Origin: Kondoa subrosea
Lineage: Eukaryota
Direction of reading: 5' to 3'
Length of the DNA stretch: 64,000 bases
NCBI GenBank assembly: GCA_039545335.1
Contig: BCIN01000002.1
Span: forward strand, 1,191,118-1,255,117
Positions within the stretch are counted from its first letter, which is position 1. Each line of letters begins with the position of its first letter. Shown piece by piece: positions 12,597 to 26,100 of this stretch. Under the pieces are notes generated by a model, which made no database searches, was not told where the DNA came from, and saw only the letters and a program-made list of their open reading frames with translations. The translations under genes were made by a program, and so were the position numbers.

Positions 12597-14287
12597 ATGC
12601 TTTCTACTTCCATCATCACCCTAGCTTGCATCCTTGGTGCCAGCGCAGTTCCAGTAGCTGTTGGCCCAGAAAATCCAAGTCTGCTCGCCCGCAACAATGG
12701 TCCCGTTTCTGGTGGAGATTTCCCAACTGGTCCATACCAGAAGTACATGGATCCTAGTACGTGTTTTTCCCTCTTAGATCCGTCGCTTGCATTGACATTT
12801 TCTGTGCAGTGAAGAACACTTGTAAATTTCAATCATTCTAATGGTCATCTTTCAGGTTCTAATGTGGCTGCTTTTAGCTTTGGCTCCCTACCCAACCTAC
12901 CGAGCTCTCAGCAACTTCGATTACGCTTCTTTCAACTTGGCTCTTCATCAGGAGTACATTGAACTGGATTTGGTTAGTTTCGTTCTTTGGCCCCTTTCGA
13001 TCGGTAATTAACAACTTTGAACAGTTCAATTATGGTCTTGGTTAGTCTCGTTCTTTGCCCCCTTCTTTCGATCGGCTATTAACAAGTTTATAGCAACATT
13101 CACCGCTGAACAGTTTGCCGAAGCTGGAATGGGTCCTGAAGAGACCTCGCTCTTGCGATACATGGCCCAGCAAGAAACTGGTCATGCCCAACTTTTGACC
13201 AACATTCTGGGTCCTGGTGCTGCTGTTGGCTGTACCTACAACTATACCGGAGCCTTCACGGATGTCCGCAGTTACCTGGACTTCAACCAACGCTTAACAA
13301 GATGGGGTGAATCGTGAGCTTATCTGTTACTTCATTGTTTTCAGTTGTGCTTATTCTTGATATCAGCGGAGTTTGGGGATTCTTGACCAGCTTGAACTCT
13401 CGCGATTCCGCTCAATTACTATCTCAATCAATTGCGACTGAAGCCAGACAGCAGATGGTTTTTAGACAATTCACGTTTGTTCTGTTGTCCACTCAGTGTG
13501 TTCATGGCTGACATGGATATGATAGTGGTGCATTCCCAATGCCAGTCTTCTTCGAATCTGGTATTCCACAAGTGTGTTGATTTCTCTCCTCGCTTTCCAT
13601 ATTGACTTCATTTTTGCAGAACTGGGCATGGACTCTACTCGCTCCATACATACAATCTTGCCCAGCCGAGAACCCTCGTCTACAATGGTCCAACTTCCCA
13701 GCTTTGACTGTTGAAAACGTCAAGCCTTTGGCTTACGACGGATCTAAGTCAGCAGTATCTACAAATCGAACTGCCAACATCAACGTTGGTCAGTCTATTG
13801 ATCTATCTTGGGACGACCCAGGCAAGAAGGTATGTAGCGTTTCAATACTTATGGCAACTTTATCTGATTCCATTCCTTGTTCAGGTCGGACCAAACAACT
13901 CTTACATCACTCGTCGTGCTTCTGGCGATGCTAAATACGCTCTGGTTGTATCCATGCTCAATGCTACATACTTCCCTCTAGAGAACATCAAGTCAAACTC
14001 TGCTTCATTCACTTTAAGCAAGAATCCTCCTATTTACGACACTGAACTCTCTGTTGGCGAGAATGTGATTAACGGAACGGACTTTATCGCGATCACGTAA
14101 GCCAATTCCCGTCTACATTCAAAGAACAATCTGACTGTTTTCTGTAGTTCTGACAATCCTTACGTTTCCGTCTTCAACCTCACCATGGTCAACGACTATT
14201 TGGTTGCCGGACCAGCAATGTTAGTTTCACCTTCACTACACATCCATGCGTTTTGCTGACTCTTTCTTCAGCTTGCAATCTGGTTAA
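12597..14287 (+). CDS. Rds1-type ferritin-like domain protein with predicted signal peptide, about 11 exons
   Basis: Hydrophobic N-terminus [72 protein letters not shown] (paired ExxH/ExR ferritin-like helices); [14 protein letters not shown]. Confidence 0.85.
12973..13093 (+). repeat. Two adjacent paralogous introns (12973-13024 and 13041-13093) separated by a 16-nt exon
   Basis: Manual alignment gives 44 identities in 55 columns. Both have GTTAGT donors, ATTAAC branch-like motifs and YAG acceptors, and removing both keeps the ferritin-like frame. Confidence 0.9.
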
Positions 14288-14430
14288 GCAGAACTTTCAA
14301 CTTCAAGTTCAAGTGTATAGTATGGGAACAGAACAGGACAATATTAATTACGCACAAAAACTTGTCATATAATAGCCACGCTTTCGATGCGATTTCTTCT
14401 TTTCGCATCATTCGCTTGTTGACTTTGTCC

Positions 14431-16026
14431 ATGTCTCATGTATTTTCTTTGACTTCTCCATTACGAAGCCTGCGCACTCTCAGCACGTCTCAAAAGTACT
14501 TTAATGAAGCCTGCATCCTAGTACTAGCAGGCGAAATCGGCCTCTGCCAGCTTATTATTCGATATGTCGCATACACGGAAATCGACTGGTCGACGTATAT
14601 GCAGCAAGTGCAGCTCGTAGTAAAGGGAGAAAGAGATTACGGGTCGATACAGGGAGATACAGGACCGTTGGTGTGAGTCTTGCAGCTAATCAAAGCAAGC
14701 AAAACTCAAGCTGTTGTGAAGCTATCCTGCTGGACATGTCTACCTCTATACGCTCCTCAATTGGCTCACAGATGGCGGAAAGAACATTTGGTTGGCACAG
14801 CAGATCTTTACTGGCGTGTATCTGCTATCTCTGGCTATAGTAATGCGACTCTTTGCGCGGACGAAATCTGTATGTCTCTTCTCGCAAGTGAAACGCATGC
14901 TCATTCAGCGTGCAGTAGATGCCTACTTTAGCAGTCTTCATCCTTCCTCTGTCGAAACGCTTACACTCGATCTACATGCTTCGTCTATTCAACGATGGTC
15001 TCGCCATGCTCTTTCTATACGCAGCTATCTACGCGTTACTGGACAAGCGGAATAGAAGTACTGCCATTCTATACAGGTAGGCCGGTGATGAAGTCTGTAG
15101 AGCCAAAACTAACGTAAAGCAGCTTAGCATTGTCGATAAAGATGAACATTCTGCTCTTCCTACCTGGCTTTCTGCTCATCTTCCTGCTGCGCTCGGGATT
15201 AAAAGCGACTCTTGGCTCTCTGACTACTATCGTGCTGGTTCAGGTGCGTCTGTCTTTGCAGGCAAGTAACAATGCTAATTCAGCACACAGATATTATTAT
15301 CCTTGCCGTTCACCTTGCAGAATCCTCAAGCCTATCTTTCGTCGGCATTTGATCTGTCACGTATCTTTCTATATAAGTGGACAGTTAATTGGCGCTTTTT
15401 ACCGGAATCCATCTTTCTTTCGCAAGTATTTGCCAAATCCCTCTTACTTCTACACGCCAGCTTGCTACTGGCTTTTGGTCTCAAGTGGTTGAAGCCGCAT
15501 GGGGGTCTTTTCAGGGTGATCAGAAGAACTTTGGCCGCACCTCAACATGCAGGAACATTGTTTCCGAGCCTCTTAACAGCAGATTGTGAGTTGTACAAAA
15601 TCAATTCAGAGAAGTTACACAGGTGCTTATACATGTCTTCAGTTACGTTGGACGTCATTTTTACCTGTAACCTGATTGGCATCGTTTGGGCTCGGTCGCT
15701 GCATTACCAATTCTATAGCTGGTATGCATGGCAAGCGGTCTATCTAGTTATGAGGCTACCTGTATTGCCTGTTTTCAAGTGAGAAGATTGCTCTCTATTT
15801 CCTCTAGTTACGGGACTGATACAGCTGTAGAATAAACACGCTTCTTGTGCTCGAGTATAGCTGGAATGTCTTTCCCTCAACAAGACTGTCTTCGGGTGTT
15901 TTACTACTGGCACATGTCTTTCTCTTGACGAGCAATTGGTACAGGGAAGCATTAGCCGAAAGGAGTAGATTGCGGCAAGTGAAGAAAGAGGTAAATACAC
16001 GGAAAATAGAGACGACAGATCAGTAG
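14431..16026 (+). CDS. ALG3: Dol-P-Man:Man5GlcNAc2-PP-Dol alpha-1,3-mannosyltransferase (GT58)
   Basis: [84 protein letters not shown]. Confidence 0.95.
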
Positions 16027-16091
16027 AGCTATTGCGCCAGATACAAAGTACTGATACATTGCATTGTTACATTACAAAGAGAGCCAATTAC

Positions 16092-19006
16092 TCAACTATA
16101 CTCGCCATAGCTCGACAAATGCAACCGAGTACCAATGGGCGGTCGAGCTATTTGTCGAGCACCACTCTCGCGATCAAGAACCTTTTCGACATCTTCTAAG
16201 CCAAAGAATCCATCTAACAAGCGCATTCAGATCATTGCTCAAGCGGTAGGGACAGGTCAAAGCTCACAGCCACCCATCATATCGTCGATGCTTTCGACTC
16301 CATTCTTTGGATTTGTCATAGATCGCGCTCGAGTATGTTTGAGCGGTTGACCAGTCTTAGCATCAACCTCTCCTTGATGGTGGCTAGACAGATTGTAAAA
16401 TTTTATCCAATGGATAAAGATGAGTTGACTTACTCGACGAAAGTCAGGTTCGGTCGGCGATTAGCCTCCCGATGTAGGTTGACAATCACTGTAGGCCGAG
16501 CGTATAATCAGTAATGTTGAATAGCATTCAAGGGTCCAGCTCACTTCTTTGCGCGTCCAGTAAATATGCCCTCAGTGTGTCCAAGAAACGAGGTGTTTGC
16601 AAATGCTTAGACGAAGCACAAATGGAAAGAGCGTCATCCTGGCTGCGTATTAGAGAAGTCTCACCTCAAGAAGGCACAGCTCACCTTGATAATGTAACCG
16701 ATACCAAATCCGTCTGGTACAGTCGCAGCGAAGCCAAAGAATCTAAAAAGGATGTGAGCTATTGTACAGAGATTTGAAAGAAAGCCTACCGCAGGGAGGG
16801 ATTTCCACAGTTACTCGTAGACAAAGTAGAATGGCTTAGACGAGAGTAGGCTGGATCTTCAAAGAAAGCGGGCAGCTTCTCTCCATCTTGACTCGCTAAG
16901 CAGTACATCGCATAGAGTATTCGATCTTGACCCAGGCCTTTTGAGCATTCTCGCGATATATTGGTGTGCGCTTTACAAGCATCTCGCAAAGCAGCTATCT
17001 TATCCTTTTCTGCTGCATCAGAGCAGAAGATCTGTGTGACCGAGATCAAACTAGACCTGACGGTCAACTCTGAAGTCAAACGCACCTTGACAAATTTGAC
17101 ACTTTCTGGTTGAACCGTTCTAATAGCTTCCGTTCGCCCATGCAAGAAAGCTTTCGTCATAGCTGGTTCATATGTGGAGTCTGTTCGACCATAAAGCGAG
17201 AAGTAAGTAGCTTGGAAAGCCATTTGAACAAAAGCGTCAGGCGAGAAGCCATGTCCTGTGATTGATCCCTCTTTACTTAGCTACTCACAGCAGACTGCAG
17301 AAATCACTCACGAGTGATGAAATTCTTGCCATACTTCTCGAATTCCAACGACCGCACTTCGTTCTGACAGATCAAGTCACTCAATCTTGTTTCGGCAAAT
17401 CGGACGCCCATTTTGAGTTCAGGAGTCATGTTCCACTCAAGCTTCTTCGGTGTTGTGTCTACTTCTTCTTCCGCTTCTTCTTCTATCGCATCGCCTTTGA
17501 CCGGAGCTTTCTTGCCTGCTCCAGTCGCGTAAGGTGAAATTTTTGCTTTGAACAAAGTACCCGCATGAGAGTTGATGGATTTAGCGAAGAGGAGGATGAG
17601 GTTGGTATAGACATCCGCAACGAAACTGTTCACAAGAGTTGACGCCTTAAGGACACAGAGTCCGAGGCTCAAGCATTTGAACGAACCGCAATACAGTATG
17701 ACCATCAACACCACTGTGCTCGAAGTTGACTCCAGCTGCTCCATTCGCACATACGATGATTTGTAGCTGCAAAGGGATGTTAGATTGCATACTGGAAGAT
17801 CAGGCTGAAGAACTGACTTTGTCGTAATATCGATTTGTACAAGTCCCAACTTGAATACCTGTGCGGATCGAAACGGGCTAGAGTTAGTCATTCTAATGCT
17901 GGCCAAGTTCTCACGCACCTTTGTCCAGCTTGTATGTCCCGCAAAGCATATTCTCACACAGCTCATCCGGTCCAACAGGTTCCGTATCATCCAAACAAAG
18001 AACAAACAAAGCTTTATCCATAATATCCAAACAACCTTCATTATCTTCGTCTTCTTTCAACTTGTCTCTCAAACTAGCCCAAACTTTCCGATTCTCGGTA
18101 GAGAGAACCCCAATCGCTCCCTGAGCTACTTGATTCACTGGAGTCTTGTCTGATTCAGCAATGATGGCTTCCAAGTTCATAAGGAGAGATCGTTCAGTGA
18201 GTAGAGGTCGATGTTGAGAGTCCAGAACATCGAACCAGTAGAATTCACCTCGACGCATGACTACTATATGTCTTGAATCAGGATGAGATTCAATACGACA
18301 TCCATTGCTACAGAGGTTTGGATCAATTTGGAAGGCTCTATACAAAGAACTGGAACTTACTCTGTGGGAATTCGAGCTGTTCCGAATAATCGAGTATATT
18401 GAAACATATCCAAAGGTATGCCGCGAACATCATCAGCAGGTAGTTGACCAGTTCGAAGATCATGAATGAAGCCTAAAGCTGATAGTACGAGTGAAGAGGC
18501 TCGGATCAATTGGGAGCCCCGTGAAGGTGTGGGGTCATCTCTGTCAGTAAAGTTAGGTTTTTGAACAAGAAGAGGAGATCGCAAGCTTACTGCAAGATGA
18601 AGAAAGGGTTGAGCGAGAGGACTACAGGATCTGCATAATTGAGGTAGGATTCGTCCTATCACGATTTTAGCTACACTTCGCCCATATATTAGGATGCTCA
18701 CCCAGAATTCCTCAATATAACTCATCCTATTAGCTGCATATGCTTTAAGCTTCTCATGCAGTTCTGGTCCATCATTCTTCAGGAAAGCTTGGGCTACTTC
18801 CTCGGTTTTTGCTTGAGCTGAGGCAGTTTGTAGACCCTTGGTAGCTCGCAAGTAACGTTTGATAGTATCTTCTAGCGGCGGGATAGGCAGCTTAGGTAGC
18901 TTGTCTTGACCTGTTTGACAATGCATCAGATCTCAGAGATCTGGGGCTGTATTAGCCTGCGCTGACCGGCCATGGTAGCGCCTGAGTAGATCTTTCCGTT
19001 ATTCAT
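16092..19006 (-). CDS. YAT1: Carnitine O-acetyltransferase, FacC/Yat1 type
   Basis: QDKLPKLPIPPLEDT, YIEEFW, GVLSTENRKVW, NRWYDK, FEHSGVDGH catalytic His, SPDAFVQMAFQ, TYEPAMTKAFLHGRTEAIR, LSTSNCGNPSLR. The C-terminus GGYGFF...LSSYGEYS has no PTS1. Confidence 0.9.
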
Positions 19007-20105
19007 GTTTGAAATGACTTGCAGGACAAGAGAGGAAGTGGAGGATTCGCTGAAGTCGACAAGTCCAGAAGCTTTGTCAAATACGTGAACTTCCGATAAT
19101 GGCAAGCAGAGCGTGGACAGTCCGGCGGATCAGGAGAATAGCAAGATGCGCTGCCAAATGAAGCGCATATGGCGGTGCGTTATCGAGGTCTAAGGCTTCA
19201 ATGTCAACAGGTAAGCAAATCAAGTTTACCCTGGTTTACCCGGACCGAGCATTTAATAATACAAGTCATTGGCTTTTCCCAGACTTCTCCAGTATCAGTC
19301 TGCTTGAGGTTTTTGTTCAGATCTTCTGTCCTTGAGGCGCGTTGGATCACATCGGCAGACGACAAAACTTCATTCGACTTTGCTGCAGATTTGCTGTTAT
19401 CCTGCTGTTCTGTGTTCTGCTCTTCTATGTTTCTGTGTTCTCATCTATGTCGTTGAAGCTGTGCGATGAGATCTGTTTCCTGCTTCCCTCTGCTTTCGCA
19501 TGCATTTGTCTGTACTCGCGCCTATGATTTCGGCTTTCCGTCTCAGAATCGCTGTATGCGACAGACTAGTCAATCAGAAGACAGGTACGGGGCTTAGCTG
19601 AGTGACTGTCATCCGATTCTGCCATCTTCAGACGCGTTGAATTGCTCAGCTCTTGTCGAATGACCTGCTGCGCTACATCTCGTCGGTCTTCTGTCAACCC
19701 GTTGTGCTATTGGCTGCGGGAATATGACTCACAGCAGATATTAACCCCTTGAGGCAGGAGAATCAGTCTAACTGACTCACGTCGACAGAGATCCACATCA
19801 GAAGATAAGCAATATTTGCGATTCGGAAGGCGAGAGTATATCGTGTAGAGCTGTAACGCATATATGAGCAAGATTTGACCTTCATACAAGTCCCTTCGAG
19901 TTGCCGACTGAACCGATATTCGCAACCAAGTCAGCTCTTCCCTTAAGAGCGAGGAAGAGTCTCTGTTTTTGTTTGTGTGCTCTCTATATACCTCCTAGCG
20001 TTACGCTCTGCGCTATACCTCTCAAAGCCTCCTTCAATTCTCGTCGAGGCGAAAAATACAAGTCAAGCAGCTCGTATTTCGCTTACCTGGGCTTGAAGAT
20101 GTCCT

Positions 20106-23100
20106 ATGTCGTCGAATAGCAGGCAACAGAATGCGCCTCAGACGGACAGACCAGGGTCTACGCTGCCTGTGTAAGCTCTCTCGCTTTCACAAGGTCTCGC
20201 TTTATATATTGAATCGTGCTTTGTTGTAGAATTAAAGCCCAGCTCCAGTTTCAGCTCAGCACCCTTACAGATGAGTCTTTCTCAAAGAATGTAGCAGAAA
20301 TCGATGCTGTAAGCTCTCGTCATTGCTACAATAGCAATTCTTTCTGATTTACGCCTTTGTTCATGTCTCCAGCTTATTGAGTCCAACGGCGTCGAAGCCA
20401 ATTCGCATCTCATCAGAAGACTCATCCTGCAGTCTGCACCAGCTTTACAGGCACCTGCTAACACGCCGATACCTTCACCTTCGCCTAACGCCTATTTATT
20501 ACTTCGACTGCTCTTTTACTCAGTTCGCAAACTAGCCAAAGATCCTTTACTCACTCATCGATACCGAGATGCATTCTTATCCGGTTTAAACGATACTTCA
20601 GCCGGATCTACTTCTTTTGAAGCTTTTCGTTATTTGGGTGAAAACTTGGCTGCTTTTTGTGATCGAGGTGGATTCAATGGTCTGGAAAGAACAGTCTTAG
20701 CCTTGGAAATGGTCAAAGTCTTGATCCCGCCTGTACAACCTTCAGGAACTTCGCAAACGGTTGTTAGAAATGCAATTACTCTGCACGGCAAAAGTAAAGA
20801 GTTTGGATTGGCTGCTGTGAAATTATTGAGATCAAGCTGGGATGTTGGGATTGAGGGTTTAGCTGCAGGTCAAAATGGCGATACTGTTGGACCTGTTGCT
20901 TTGAGCAGGATCTTGGATCGAGTGACTAGCGATTGGAGAATTGATGCTGAAAAGGGAGAAGCTGGCATCTGGGATGAAAGTCGAGGCGAAGCTTTGCTTG
21001 AAGTGGAACAGAAGAGAAATCTGGTTCGAAGCATTTGGGCAAGACTTGGAAAAGAATTAGCTATCCAAGTTACTGTTCATTCGCTAGAGAGCATGGAGTA
21101 CGTGATCTGAACTATTTGACGAGCGAAGCTAAACAACTTTTGATTTGTGCAGGTTTGCTTCTACTACTTCAACTATGGATGTTCTACATCGACTCTGCCC
21201 AGATCCTCAATTCTGCACGCCGGAACTCGTTCGTGCAGTCATCAGCAAACATGCCCGACCACCCAATCCTCCTTCGTCACCCGAATCAGAGAACGAGATT
21301 GCTAATCTCTTTCATCAATACATCGATCTCGCAAACCAGATCGGCGACAAGAACGCTTTTGATGCTCCTGTCATCTCACGTACCTTGGCAGAATATCTTC
21401 CTTCGCATTCTCTTGCACCCGTCATCAAACAAGTCTTCGATTTGCCAATAGATGAATTCTCTCTGCCCGAGGGATGGGGTTTCAAAGCTTGCGCAGCTTT
21501 GATCGCTGGCTCTTCATCCGCTTTCGGAGCTCTATGGGATACATGGCAATATCCAGCTCAGCAACTTGAGCTCATTCTACATCTGGTCAACGCTTCACCT
21601 GAACACTTTTCGCCCATGAATCTGTCTGGTCTTCGCAAGGTCTTGTCTATCGAAGATGTCTCCTCAGCACACCAATCAGTTCGAGCTCTGGCTCAAGGTG
21701 TCCAGAATTCTGTTTGGAATTGCGTTGATTTGACCCGCACGCTAATTCGTCTTTCGGAGAATGAAGACTGCGCAAGCAAAGCTGCTGATGTACTGGATCG
21801 CGGGATCAAATCTCATCCTGAGTTGGTCCTCATTGCATTGGTATCCATGGACAAGCCGTCGACTACTTCCCATAGTCAATTGACATCTCACCTTATCAAC
21901 TCCTTCCTTTCTGGTCAACCCTCTCATCAATTGGTCTTCCACCGTCTCTGGCAACTTGATCGATCTTTGGTCTTGACAAGTTTCCGCGATTTCTATTCCG
22001 AAAACGAGCTCAACATTGGTAGGATAGTTGATATTGCTCAAGATCTTCTCATTCTCCAAGACGTTCTTGAACTTCGTCCTTTCCAGCTCGCTTTAGATGC
22101 AGCTGCTTTAGCTAGCCGAAGAGAATTTTTGGAATTAGCTCGCTGGCTTCAAACTTGCATTGCTCGATTTGGCGCTTCTTTCGTCAAAGAAACTTTGGCT
22201 TTCGTTGGCAACAAGGTGAAGACTGAGTTGAAGAGGAACGAGATGGATCCTCCTCCCGATGCCACTACAATGCCTTTGATTGCTGGAGCTGTTGCCATCT
22301 TCATGCGAGCTTTGCGAATGAAGTAAGTCCAACCTTCTAGGACAGGACATAATAGCTAATAGTCATTTTAGTCACAGCTTATTCGATGCTGAAGATATTG
22401 AGCTGTTCAAAGAAGTCAGAACCCTCAGCTTACAGCTGCATCCGCGTCTCCTCAACTTCGCTCCTGGAGCTGATCAAGAACCTGGAATGGCAGTCGCTTC
22501 TTTCCCAGCAGACATTGAAGCTGAAGTCGATGCCACTTTCAAGCGAATGTACGAAACAGACATAACGGTTCAAGATGTTGTGCAAATCTTGCAACGCGCT
22601 CGAGACTCTGGCGAACCTAGAAAAGTCGACTTCTACCAATGCATGCTGCATGGTCTCATGGATGAGATGCGCTTCGTTGCTACCTACCCACCTCAAGAAC
22701 TCATTCTTACCGCTCATCTTTTCGGCTCGCTGATTCAAAATCAAGTAGTCGACCACATTCCTTTGGGCATAGCAGTTCGTTATGTTCTCGATGCTCTCAA
22801 ACATCCTCCTTCTACCGCTTCTTTCCGGTTCGGCGTCAGCGCTCTGGGTCAATTTCAAAATCGCTTGACCGACTGGCCTCAACTCGCTGCGGCCCTTCTC
22901 AATATCCCTCACATCAGCACAGCTACTCCAGACATCGCCGCTGTTGCTCGTGCTGCACTAAACGAGCCTGGTTCCGATGAGCCAAACGCAGTCGCTGCTA
23001 TCGTTCGACAAGATGAAGCTGTCTCGCCATTCGATACACTCAAGGCCAGCTTGCACGATCTTGGACCAATTATTCCACCTGATGAAGATGCTTCTGACAA

Positions 23101-26100
23101 AATCTTATTCATCATCAATAATTTGGCTTTCTCAAACCTCGATGCTAAAGTGACTGACATGGCTGATCGGATCAAAGAACCTCAATTCCGCTGGTTTGCA
23201 AATTACTTGGTCGCTCAACGTGTCAGTATCGAGCCAAACAACCATAATCTTTACCTCGAATTCATTGATGCTTTGGCTATCGGTCCCTTACACAAGTACA
23301 TCCTGCAAGAGTCTTATGGCAAAGCAGCAGCTCTGCTCAACTCTGAGAAGACTGTTTCATCTAGTACTGAACGAACTTTGCTGAAGAATTTGGGTGCTTG
23401 GATTGGTGCAATTACTCTGGCGAAAAACAAGCCGATCAAGCACACAAACCTAGCTTTTAAAGAGCTTTTAGTTCAAGGTTACGATAGCGGTCGTCTGATC
23501 GTTGCCATTCCTTTTGTTTGCAAGATCCTCGAACAATGCGCGAAATCTCGCGTTTTCAAACCACCTAATCCCTGGCTTGTCGCTATCCTCAGCCTTTTGG
23601 GCGAGCTCTACCAGTTTGCCGAACTCAAGCTGAATCTCAAATTTGAAATCGAAGTACTATGCAAGTCTCTGAATATCGATCTGAAAGATCTGGAGCCGAC
23701 CACGATTCTTCGCACTCGTCCTACTCGCCAAGATACCGACTTCTCTCGCAATGCAGCGGCAGCTCAAGGTCCTTCTCTCGCTCAGGATCTGGAGCGCATT
23801 GCCGCAACCGGTGGATTTGCAGCTGGACCAAGTGCTCCCGTTCGACCAGGACAGCCTCAACCTCTGCTATTATCGGGGCAAGCTGGTTACTCTCTTGGTC
23901 TGCAAGAAAGTATCGCAAGCGCTTTGCAAGCTCTACCAGCCTACATCATCTTCAACCCTCAAATCCATTTTCTTTCTGCCAACCCTGCTCTTAAGCGATT
24001 CGTACATGCAGCTATTGATCGAGCTATCCGTGAAATCATTGCACCAGTGGTCGAGCGATCCGTAACTATCGCTGGCATTTCTACTCGCGAATTGGCAGCC
24101 AAAGACTTCGCTATGGAAGGAGATGAAGAGAAATTGAGAAGCTCGGCTCATTTGATGGTGCAGAACCTGGCCGGCAGCTTGGCTCTAGTCACCTGCAAAG
24201 AACCTCTTCGACTCAGCATCATGACTCATCTTCGCAGTCTCCTCATTCAGAATGGCTTTGCAGAGCACAATGTACCTGAACAAGCTGTCCAAGTCGTCGC
24301 TAACGAAAATCTTGATTTGGCTTGTTCAGTTGTCGAGAGAGTCGCAATGGAAAAAGCAATTGTTGAACTGGATGAAAGCTTATCACCAGCTTATCTCGCT
24401 CGCCGCAGTCACAAAGAACGCAACAATGGAGCCTTCTGGGATACTGCAGCTGCCTCGTCCTCGCAATTCTCGGCTAACTTTCCTGACCCGCTGTCGCTGA
24501 AACTGAACGGCCTTTCGGTTCAGCAACTGAAAGTGTATGAAGACTTTGCCAGCGTTCGCAACAATGCTGCAGCACTCAATGAAGGACGTCACGCAGACAG
24601 TCCTGATCTGCTTGAAGATCGACCTCGGACACCCGCTGCAGCTCCTTTCGCCTCTCAACTGGCAAATGTCCCTGCTTTGCTTACTGTCCAACAGGCGGCT
24701 GACAAGTTTTCTGTGAGTGTTTGATCAACCGCGACATGCCTTTGCTCACTTATAATAATAGCAAATTGTTACCGAGCTCGACAGTACTTTGGCAGCTCAG
24801 ACAGTTACTAACCTTATCGACCTACCCAGCGACAGTGATATTTTGCTTGTACTCAGCCAATTGCCGATCCTGGTCACTCGCTCTGTCAATCCGGACGACG
24901 CCGCACTATCGGGCTCTCAGAAAGTTGTCCAGCTTCTGTATCGATCAGAGACCGATCTAGCTCGCGAGGCATATGCAGCTCTACTTGAGCGCCTCTGCAA
25001 TTTGTCTGACAAGGTAGCTCGCGAAGTCATCGCCTGGCTTATCTACGCAGAAGACGAGGTAAGCTCAAACTGCGCAGGTTCTGTCCTGCCGTTGATGTGG
25101 TCTTGTTACACAGCGCAAGTTCAACGTACCAGTAACCATATCTTTGATCAAGCACCGCATCATTCCGGTCATTGACTTCGAAGGGCAAATCGCTAAATTC
25201 ATCTTGCGCGATTTCCGTCCCAGCACAATCGATTTTGCTGCTCAGCTGATTCGTCAAATTCTGTCTGGCAAACCTCCGATGGCTACCCGAGAGCAATTGG
25301 CAAGAGTCATTGAAGCTCTTATCCAAGCTATGCACACCGAACGCGGAACGGAGCAGTCAAACTCTCTCCTCGAAGACTTGCGACTCGGTGCCGGTGCAGC
25401 AAGTCGAGCAGAGATCGAAGCTCAGGAGATCAAGGAGCAACTGACCGTATTTTTCGTTCAATGGGTTAGGATTTATCAGCAGTCAACTACGCTGGAGAAG
25501 TCTTTTGTGGAATATGTTGTTCAGCTACAAGATCAAGGCATTTTGAAGGGAGAAGATCTGTCTTCCAGATTCTTCAGAAGTAAGTTAGAACCGAACCTGA
25601 ATGACATATATTATTTACTGACCATCCATCTACAGCTTGCACGGAAGTCAGTGTCGACAGCTACATCAAACAGAAAGCTGGAGGTGGAACGATTGCAACT
25701 GGGATTTTCCAACCCGTTGATGCTCTAGCTTCGCGTAAGTCATCTTCTGCTATATCGGTAGCGGTGACTCACATATAAAATAGTCATTGCCTTCATGCTC
25801 AAATATCATGGGGACGGATCGGGCGACAGAACAGCGGCAGATGCAAAAGCGTTCTATTTGACCAAAGGTAGATTTACTCCTTGAATCTATGTCTCATGCT
25901 GATTGCGGAGCAGTCTTGTCCATCGTTGTTCTCGTCCTTTCTCAATCGCACGAAGAGCTTGGTCCGCACTTTGCCGTCGCACAAAAGCCTTTCTTTAGAC
26001 TCTTCTGTAAGTTTCTGACCTGGTTCGACTGTCAGGTCGTTAGTTAAAGGTTACCATCAATAGCTTCTTTGTTGAGTAACTTGGCGTCTATCGAACTTCA

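Noticed and set aside
16110..16160. 11-bp perfect inverted repeat near the carnitine acetyltransferase stop
   Set aside because: Roughly one such stem is expected by chance in 64 kb (about 64000 x 50 / 4^11); no other support.
19170..19930. Minus-strand coding-looking, Q/E/N-rich pieces with splice-like signals between YAT1 and NOT1
   Set aside because: No consistent spliced ORF could be built; it may be a decayed gene, but no family is supportable.
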